The notes below the pieces were generated by a model, which saw nothing but the letters and a program-made list of their open reading frames with translations, was not told the DNA's origin and did not search any database. From Eledone cirrhosa (lineage: Eukaryota), in contig OZ024741.1 of assembly GCA_964016885.1 (NCBI GenBank), positions 257,858,001 to 257,922,000 of the forward strand: a stretch of 64,000 bases of DNA, written 5' to 3'. The position numbers were made by a program, and so were the translations under genes. Of the stretch, positions 56,620-64,000 are shown one piece after another; within the stretch, counting starts at the first letter, position 1; each line of letters starts with the position of its first letter.

Positions 56620-59600
56620 GAGTGTTTCGGCTTACGAGTGTTTCGGCTCAAGAGTGTTTCGACTTACGAGTGTTTCGACTTACGAGTGTTTCGACTTACG
56701 AGTGTTTCGACTTACGAGTGTTTCGACTTACGAGTGTTTTGACTTACGGTGTTTCGGCTTACGAGTGTTTCGACTTACGAGTGTTTTGACTTACTGGTGT
56801 TTTGACATACGAGTGTTTCGATACGAGTGTTTCGACTTACGAAAATAACAAATAGACGCGGTTTCAAATCTCTATGCTTTTCAAATTCATTACATTAATC
56901 TTTATTTATACGTTTCGCTTTACGAGTGTTTCGACTTACGAGTGTTTCGACTTACGAGTGTTTCGGCTTACGAGTGTTTTGACTTACGAGTGTTTTGACT
57001 TACATGTGTTTCGACTTACGCGTGTTTCGACTTACGAGTGTTTCGACTTGCGAGTGTTTCGACTACGGGTGTTTCGACTTACGAATGTTTTGACTTACGG
57101 ATGTTTTGACTTACGGGTGTTTCGGCTTACGAGTGTTTCGACTTACGAGTGTTTCGACTTACGAGTGTTTTGACTTACGAGTGTTTCGGCTTACGATTGT
57201 TTCGACTTACGAATGTTTTTGCTTACGAGTGTTTCGACTTACGAGTGTTTTGATTTACGGTGTTTCGGCTTACGAGTGTTTCGACTTACGAGTGTTTTGA
57301 CTTACGGGTGTTTTGACATACGAGTGTTTCGATACGAGTGTTCTGACTTACGAGTGTTCTGACTTACGAGTGTTCTGACTTACGAGTGTTCTGACATACG
57401 TGTGTTCTGACTTACGAGTGTTCCGATTTACGAGTGTTTCGGCTTATGAGTGTTTCGACTTACGAATGTTTTTGCTTACGGGTGTTTCGACTTACGAATG
57501 TTTTTGCTTACGAGTGTTTCGGCTTACGAGTGTTTCGACTTACGATAATAACAAATAGACGCGGTTTCAAATCTCTATGCTTTTCAAATTCATTACATTA
57601 ATCTTTATTTACACGTTTCGCTTTACGAGTGTTTCGACTTACGAGTGTTTCGACTTACGAGTGTTTCGACTTACGAGTGTTTCGACTTACGAGTGTTCTG
57701 ACTTACGAGTGTTCTGACTTACGAGTGTTTCGACTTACGAGTGTTCTGACTTACGAGTGTTCTGACTTACGAGTGTTCCGACTTACGAGTGTTTCGACTT
57801 ACGAGTGTTTCGACTTACGAGTGTTTCGACTTACGAGTGTTTCGGCTTACGAGTGTTTTGACTTACGAGTGTTCTGACTACGAGTGTTCTGACTTACGAG
57901 TGTTTCGGCTTATGAGTGTTTCGACTCACGAGTGTTTCGGCTTATGAGTGTTTCGACTTACGAGTGTTTCGGCTTACGAGTGTTTCGACTTACGAGTGTT
58001 TCGACTTACGAGTGTTTCGACTACGAGTGTTTCGACTTACGAGTGTTTCGGCTTACGAGTGTTTCGACTTACTAATGTTTTTACTTACGAGTGTTTCGGT
58101 GTACGAGTGTTTCGACTTAAGGATGTTTCGATTTACGAGTGTTTCGACTTACGAGTGTTTCGGCTTACGTGAGTTTCGACTTAAGAGTGTTCTGATTTAC
58201 GAGTGTTCTGACTTGCGGGTGTTCTGATTTACGAGTGTTCCGACTTACGAGTGTTTCGGCTTATGAGTGTTTCGACTTACGAGTGTTTCGGCTTACGAGT
58301 GTTTCACCTTATGGGTGTTTCGACTTATGAGTGTTTTTACTTATGGTGTTTCGGCTTCCGAGTGTTTCGACATACGAGTGTTTTGACTTACGGGTGTTTC
58401 GGCTTACGAGTGTTTCGACTTACGAGTGTTTCGACTTACTAATGTTTTTACTTACGAGTGTTTCGGCGTACGAGAGTTTTGACTTACGAGTGTTTCGACT
58501 TACGAGTATTTCGACTTACGAGTATTTTGACTTACGAATGTTTTGACTTACGGGTGTTTCGGCTTACGAGTGTTTCGACTTACGAGTCTTTCGGCTTACG
58601 AGTGTTTCGACTTACTAATGTTTTTACTTACGAGTGTTTCGGCGTACGAGTGTTTCGACTTACGAGTGTTTCGACTTACGGGTGTTTTGACTTACGGGTG
58701 TTTCGGCTTACGAGTGTTTTGACTTAAGGGTGTTTCGACTTACGAGTATTTTGGGCTTACGAGTGTTTCGACTTACGAGTGTTTTGACTTACGAGTGTTC
58801 TGATTTACGGATGTTTCGACAAACGAGTGTTCAGACTTACGAGTGTTCCGACTTACGAGTGTTTCGGCTTACGAGTGTTTCGGCTCACGAGTGTTTCGAC
58901 TTACGAGTGTTTCGACTTACGAGTGTTTTGACTTACGGTGTTTCGGCTTACGAGTGTTTCGACTTACGAGTGTTTTGACTTACTGGTGTTATGACATACG
59001 AGTGTTTCGATACGAGTGTTTCGACTTACGAGTGTTCTGACTTACGAGTGTTCTAACTTACGAGTGTTCTGACTTACGAGTGTTCTGACTTACGAGTGTT
59101 CCGACTTACGAGTGTTTCGGCTCACGAGTGTTTCGGCTTAGGAGTGTTTCGACTTACGAAAATAACAAATAGACGCGGTTTCAAATCTCTATGCTTTTCA
59201 AATTCATTACATTAATCTTTATTTATACGTTTCGCTTTACGAGTGTTTCGACTTACGAGTGTTTCGGCTTACGAGTGTTTTGACTTACGAGTGTTTTGAC
59301 TTACATGTGTTTCGACTTACGCGTGTTTCGACTTACGAGTGTTTCGACTTAAGAGTGTTTCGGATTACGAGTGTTTTGACTTGAGGGTGTTTCGACTTAC
59401 GAGTGTTTCGATACGAGTGTTTCGACTTACGAGTGTTCTGACTTACGAGTGTTCTGATTTACGGATGTTTCGACACACGAGTGTTTCGAATTACGAGTGT
59501 TTCGACTTACGAGTGTTTTGACTTACGGGTGTTTTGACATACGAGTGTTTCGATACGAGTGTTTCGACTTACGAGTGTTTCGGCTTATGAGTGTTTCGAC

Positions 59601-62600
59601 TTACTAATGTTTTTACTTACGAGTGTTTCGGCGTACGAGTGTTTTGACTTACGAGTGTTTCGACTTACGAGTGTTTTGACTTACGAATGTTTTGACTTAC
59701 GGGTGTTTCGGCTTACAAGTGTTTCGACTTACGAGTGTTTTGACTTAAGGGTGTTTCGACTGAGGAGTGTTTCGACTTACGAGTGTTTCGACTTACGAGT
59801 GTTTCAGCTTACGAGTGTTTCGACTTACGAGTGTTTCAGCTTACGAGTGTTTCGACTTACGAGTGTTTCGACATACGAGTGTTTCGACTTACGAATGTTT
59901 TTGCTTACGGGTGTTTCGACTTACGAATGTTTTTGCTTACGAGTGTTTCGGTTTACGAGTGTTCCGACTTACGAGTGTTCCGACATACGAGTGTTTCGGC
60001 TTACGAGTGATTCCGGCTTACGAGTGTTTCGACTTACGAGTGTTTCGACTTACGAGTGTTTTGACTTACGGTGTTTCGGCTTACGAGTGATTAGACTTAC
60101 GAGTGTTTTGACTTACGGGTGTTTTGACTTACGGGTGTTGTGAATTACGAGTGTTCCGATTTACGAGTGTTTTGACTTACGGTGTTTCGGCTTACGAGTG
60201 ATTCGACTTACGAATGTTTTGACTTACGAGTGTTTCGGCGTACGAGTGTTTTGACTTACGAGTGTTTCGACTTACGAGTGTTTTGACTTACGAATGTTTT
60301 GACTTACGGGTGTTTCGGCTTACGAGTGTTTCGACTTACGAGTGTTTCGGCTTGCGAGTGTTTTGACTTACTAATGTTTTTACTTACGAGAGTTTCGGCG
60401 TACGTGTGTTTCGACTTACGAGTGTTTTGACTTATGGGTGTTTCGACTTACGAGTGTTTCGACTTACGAGTGTTTCGACTTACGAGTGTTTCGACTCACG
60501 AATGTTTCGGATTACGAGTGTTTTGACTTGAGGTTGTTTCGACTTACGAGTGTTTCGATACGAGTGTTTCGACTTACGAGTGTTCTGACTTACGAGTGTT
60601 CTGATTTACGGATGTTTCGACACACGAGTGTTTCGAATTACGAGTGTTTCGACTTACGAGTGGTTTGACTTACGGGTGTTTTGACATACGAGTGTTTCGA
60701 TACGAGTGTTTCGACTTATGAGTGTTCTGACTTACGAGTGTTCTGACTTACGAGTGTTCTGACTTACGAGTGTTCTCACTTACGAGTGTTCCGACTTACG
60801 AGTGTTCCGATTTACGAGTGTTTCGACTTACGCGTGTTTCGACTTACGAGTGTTTCGACTTACGAGTGTTTCGACTTACGAGTGTTTCGGCTTGCGAGTG
60901 TTTTGACTTACGAATGTTTTGACTTACGATTGTTTCGGCTTACGAGTGTTTCGACTTACGAGTGTTCTGACTACGAGTGTTCTGACTTACGGGTGTTCTG
61001 ACTTACGAGTGTTCCGACTTACGAGTGTTTCGGCTTATGAGTGTTTCGACTTACGAGTGCTTCGACTTACGAGTGTTTTTGCTTACGGGTGTTTCGATAC
61101 GAGTGTTCTGACTTACGAGTGTTTCCGCTTACGAGTGTTTCGGCTTACGAGTGTTTCGACTTACTAATGTTTTTACTTACGAGTGTTTCGGTGTACGAGT
61201 GTTTCGACTTAAGGATGTTTCGACTTACGGGTGTTTCGGCTTACGAGTGTTTCGACTTACGAGTGTTTTGACTTACGAGTGTTCTGACTTATGAGTGTTC
61301 CGACTTACGAGTGTTCCAACTTACGAGTGTTTCGGCTTATGAGTGTTTTGACTTACGAGTGTTCCGACTTACGAGTGTTTCGGCTTACGGGTGTTTCCAC
61401 GTACGAGTATTTTTGGCTTACGAGTGTTTCGACTTACGAGTGTTTTGAATTACGATTGTTTCGGCTTACGAGTGTTTCGACTTACGAGTGTTTTGACTTA
61501 TGGGTGTTTTTACATACGAGTGTTTCGATACGAATGCTCTGACTTACGAGTGTTCTGACTTACGAGTGTTTCGGCTTATGAGTGTTTCGACTTACGAGTG
61601 TTTCGGCTTACGAGTGTTTCGCCTTATGGGTGTTTCGACTTACGAGTGTTTTTACTTACGGTGTTTCGGCTTCCGAGTGTTTCGACATACGAGTGTTTTG
61701 ACTTACGGGTGTTTCGGCTTACGAGTGTTTCGACTTACGAGTGTTTCGTCTTACGAGTGTTTCGACTTACTAATGTTTTTACTTACGAGTGTTTCGGCGT
61801 ACGAGTGTTTTGACTTACGAGTGTTTCGACTTACGAGTGTTTCGACTTACGAGTGTTTTGACTTACGAATGTTTTGACTTACGGGTGTTTCGGCTTACGA
61901 GTGTTTCGACTTACGAGTCTTTCGGCTTACGAGTGTTTCGATTTACTAATGTTTTTACTTACGAGTGTTTCGGCGTACGAGTGTTTCGACTTACGGGTGT
62001 TTTGACTTACGGGTGTTTCGGCTTACGAGTGTTTTGACTTAAGGGTGTTTCGACTTACGAGTATTTTTGGCTTACGAGTGTTTCGACTTACGAGTGTTTT
62101 GAATTACGAGTGTTCTTATTTACGGATGTTTCGACATACGAGTGTTCAGACTTACGAGTGTTCCGACTTACGAGTGTTTCGGCTTACGAGTGTTTCGGCT
62201 CAAGAGTGTTTCGACTTACGAGTGTTTCGACTTACGAGTGTTTCGACTTACGAGTGTTTCGACTTACGAGTGTTTCGACTTACGAGTGTTTTGACTTACG
62301 GTGTTTCGGCTTACGAGTGTTTCGACTTACGAGTGTTTTGACTTACTGGTGTTTTGACATACGAGTGTTTCGATACGAGTGTTTCGACTTACGAGTGTTC
62401 TGACTTACGAGTGTTCTAACTTACGAGTGTTCTGACTTACGAGTGTTCTGACTTACGAGTGTTCCGACTTACGAGTGTTTCGGCTCACGAGTGTTTCGGC
62501 TTACGAGTGTTTCGACTTACGAAAATAACAAATAGACGCGGTTTCAAATCTCTATGCTTTTCAAATTCATTACATTAATCTTTATTTATACGTTTCGCTT

Positions 62601-64000
62601 TACGAGTGTTTCGACTTACGAGTGTTTCGACTTACGAGTGTTTCGGCTTACGAGTGTTTTGACTTACGAGTGTTTTGACTTACATGTGTTTCGACTTACG
62701 CGTGTTTCGACTTACGAGTGTTTCGACTTGCGAGTGTTTCGACTACGGGTGTTTCGACTTACGAATGTTTTGACTTACGGATGTTTTGACTTACGGGTGT
62801 TTCGGCTTACGAGTGTTTCGACTTACGAGTGTTTCGACTTACGAGTGTTTTGACTTACGAGTGTTTCGGCTTACGATTGTTTCGACTTACGAATGTTTTT
62901 GCTTACGAGTGTTTCGACTTACGAGTGTTTTGATTTACGGTGTTTCGGCTTACGAGTGTTTCGACTTACGAGTGTTTTGACTTACGGGTGTTTTGACATA
63001 CGAGTGTTTCGATACGAGTGTTCTGACTTACGAGTGTTCTGACTTACGAGTGTTCTGACTTACGAGTGTTCTGACATACGTGTGTTCTGACTTACGAGTG
63101 TTCCGATTTACGAGTGTTTCGGCTTATGAGTGTTTCGACTTACGAATGTTTTTGCTTACGGGTGTTTCGACTTACGAATGTTTTTGCTTACGAGTGTTTC
63201 GGCTTACGAGTGTTTCGACTTACGATAATAACAAATAGACGCGGTTTCAAATCTCTATGCTTTTCAAATTCATTACATTAATCTTTATTTACACGTTTCG
63301 CTTTACGAGTGTTTCGACTTACGAGTGTTTCGACTTACGAGTGTTTCGACTTACGAGTGTTTCGACTTACGAGTGTTCTGACTTACGAGTGTTCTGACTT
63401 ACGAGTGTTTCGACTTACGAGTGTTCTGACTTACGAGTGTTCTGACTTACGAGTGTTCCGACTTACGAGTGTTTCGACTTACGAGTGTTTCGACTTACGA
63501 GTGTTTCGACTTACGAGTGTTTCGGCTTACGAGTGTTTTGACTTACGAGTGTTCTGACTACGAGTGTTCTGACTTACGAGTGTTTCGGCTTATGAGTGTT
63601 TCGACTCACGAGTGTTTCGGCTTATGAGTGTTTCGACTTACGAGTGTTTCGGCTTACGAGTGTTTCGACTTACGAGTGTTTCGACTTACGAGTGTTTCGA
63701 CTTACGGGTGTTTCGACTTACGAGTGTTTCGACTACGAGTGTTTCGACTTACGAGTGTTTCGGCTTACGAGTGTTTCGACTTACTAATGTTTTTACTTAC
63801 GAGTGTTTCGGTGTACGAGTGTTTCGACTTAAGGATGTTTCGATTTACGAGTGTTTCGACTTACGAGTGTTTCGGCTTACGTGAGTTTCGACTTAAGAGT
63901 GTTCTGATTTACGAGTGTTCTGACTTGCGGGTGTTCTGATTTACGAGTGTTCCGACTTACGAGTGTTTCGGCTTATGAGTGTTTCGACTTACGAGTGTTT
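56620..64000 (+). repeat. Dispersed duplication with 5680-bp offset (about 56.8-58.3 kb vs 62.5-64.0 kb)
   Basis: Landmarks 56874/62554, 57106/62786, 57629/63309, 57916/63596. Both carry the private cassette variant TTACGATAATAAC (57546, 63226). Confidence 0.87.

Larger units (their letters stand above)
500..63294 (+). repeat. Family of 39 interspersed 69-bp AT-rich cassettes embedded in the satellite
   Basis: Consensus AAATAAYAAATAGACGCGGTTTCAAATCTCTATGCTTTTCAARTTCATTACATTAATCTTTATTTATAC, always between (G/A)ACTTACGA-type sequence and GTTTCGCTTTACGA. Starts read by eye (end = start+68): 500, 838, 2704, 3568, 4161, 10532, 11569, 12433, 13058, 13683, 20636, 21500, 22124, 26179, 26834, 27903, 28767, 29137, 29586, 36031, 36670, 38968, 39637, 40978, 42082, 42930, 44273, 44912, 46730, 47546, 48215, 49632, 50764, 51373, 56843, 57546, 59160, 62523, 63226. 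Confidence 0.95.
1..64000 (+). repeat. 16-bp tandem satellite array, consensus GACTTACGAGTGTTTC; runs off both window ends
   Basis: The TTACGAGTGTT core recurs every 16 bp from base 1 to 64000. Common variants of the linker are TTCGAC, TTCGGC, TTTGAC, TCTGAC and TCCGAC; core variants include TTACGGG, TTACGAA and TTATGAG. Shortened monomers of 15 bp (GACTACGAGTG, GACTTACGGTG) and 14 bp (GATACGAGTG) also recur. I saw no reverse-orientation copies (GAAACACTCGTAAGTC). The copy number is a length-based estimate. Confidence 0.99.

Noticed and set aside
22-63939. All ORFs in the supplied track (60-194 aa, + strand only)
   Set aside because: They are overlapping translations of the 16-bp repeat in all three frames, mostly with GTG/TTG starts and ended by TGA created by TTTGAC/TCTGAC variants. 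Frame is not conserved and no recognisable domain is present.
1-64000. CRISPR array
   Set aside because: There are no unique spacers: monomers abut directly, and the DNA between 69-bp cassettes is itself satellite of 0.3-7 kb. No cas genes or leader are present.
1-64000. Telomerase-made telomeric repeat (some yeasts have long TG-containing units)
   Set aside because: The strand is T-rich and not G-rich, with no G-runs in the consensus. Heritable variants in multi-kb higher-order blocks and an embedded cassette indicate recombinational amplification and not templated addition. A subtelomeric location cannot be excluded.

Overview
The whole 64-kb window is one uninterrupted head-to-tail satellite array. 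It is built from a 16-bp monomer (consensus GACTTACGAGTGTTTC, about 44% GC, two CpGs per unit, roughly 3,800-3,900 copies), all in one orientation. The only non-monomer sequence is a 69-bp AT-rich (about 25% GC) cassette. I count 39 copies of it by eye, always at the same monomer position and orientation, in two linked haplotypes. Monomer variants and cassette spacings show nested higher-order repeats: 112 bp, 237 bp, 625 bp, 864 bp, 1.3 kb, 2.3 kb, about 7-9 kb and about 16-18 kb. Indels between paralogous modules are almost always whole-monomer multiples, and there are mosaic, conversion-like patches. No credible protein-coding gene, RNA gene, CRISPR array or intact transposon is present; every ORF in the track is a translation of the repeat. 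The organisation is typical of eukaryotic (peri)centromeric or heterochromatic satellite, but the organism and chromosomal location cannot be determined from the sequence. The leads most worth following are the conserved 69-bp cassette, a possible origin from pogo/Tigger-type transposon terminal repeats, and a near-match to the CENP-B box.
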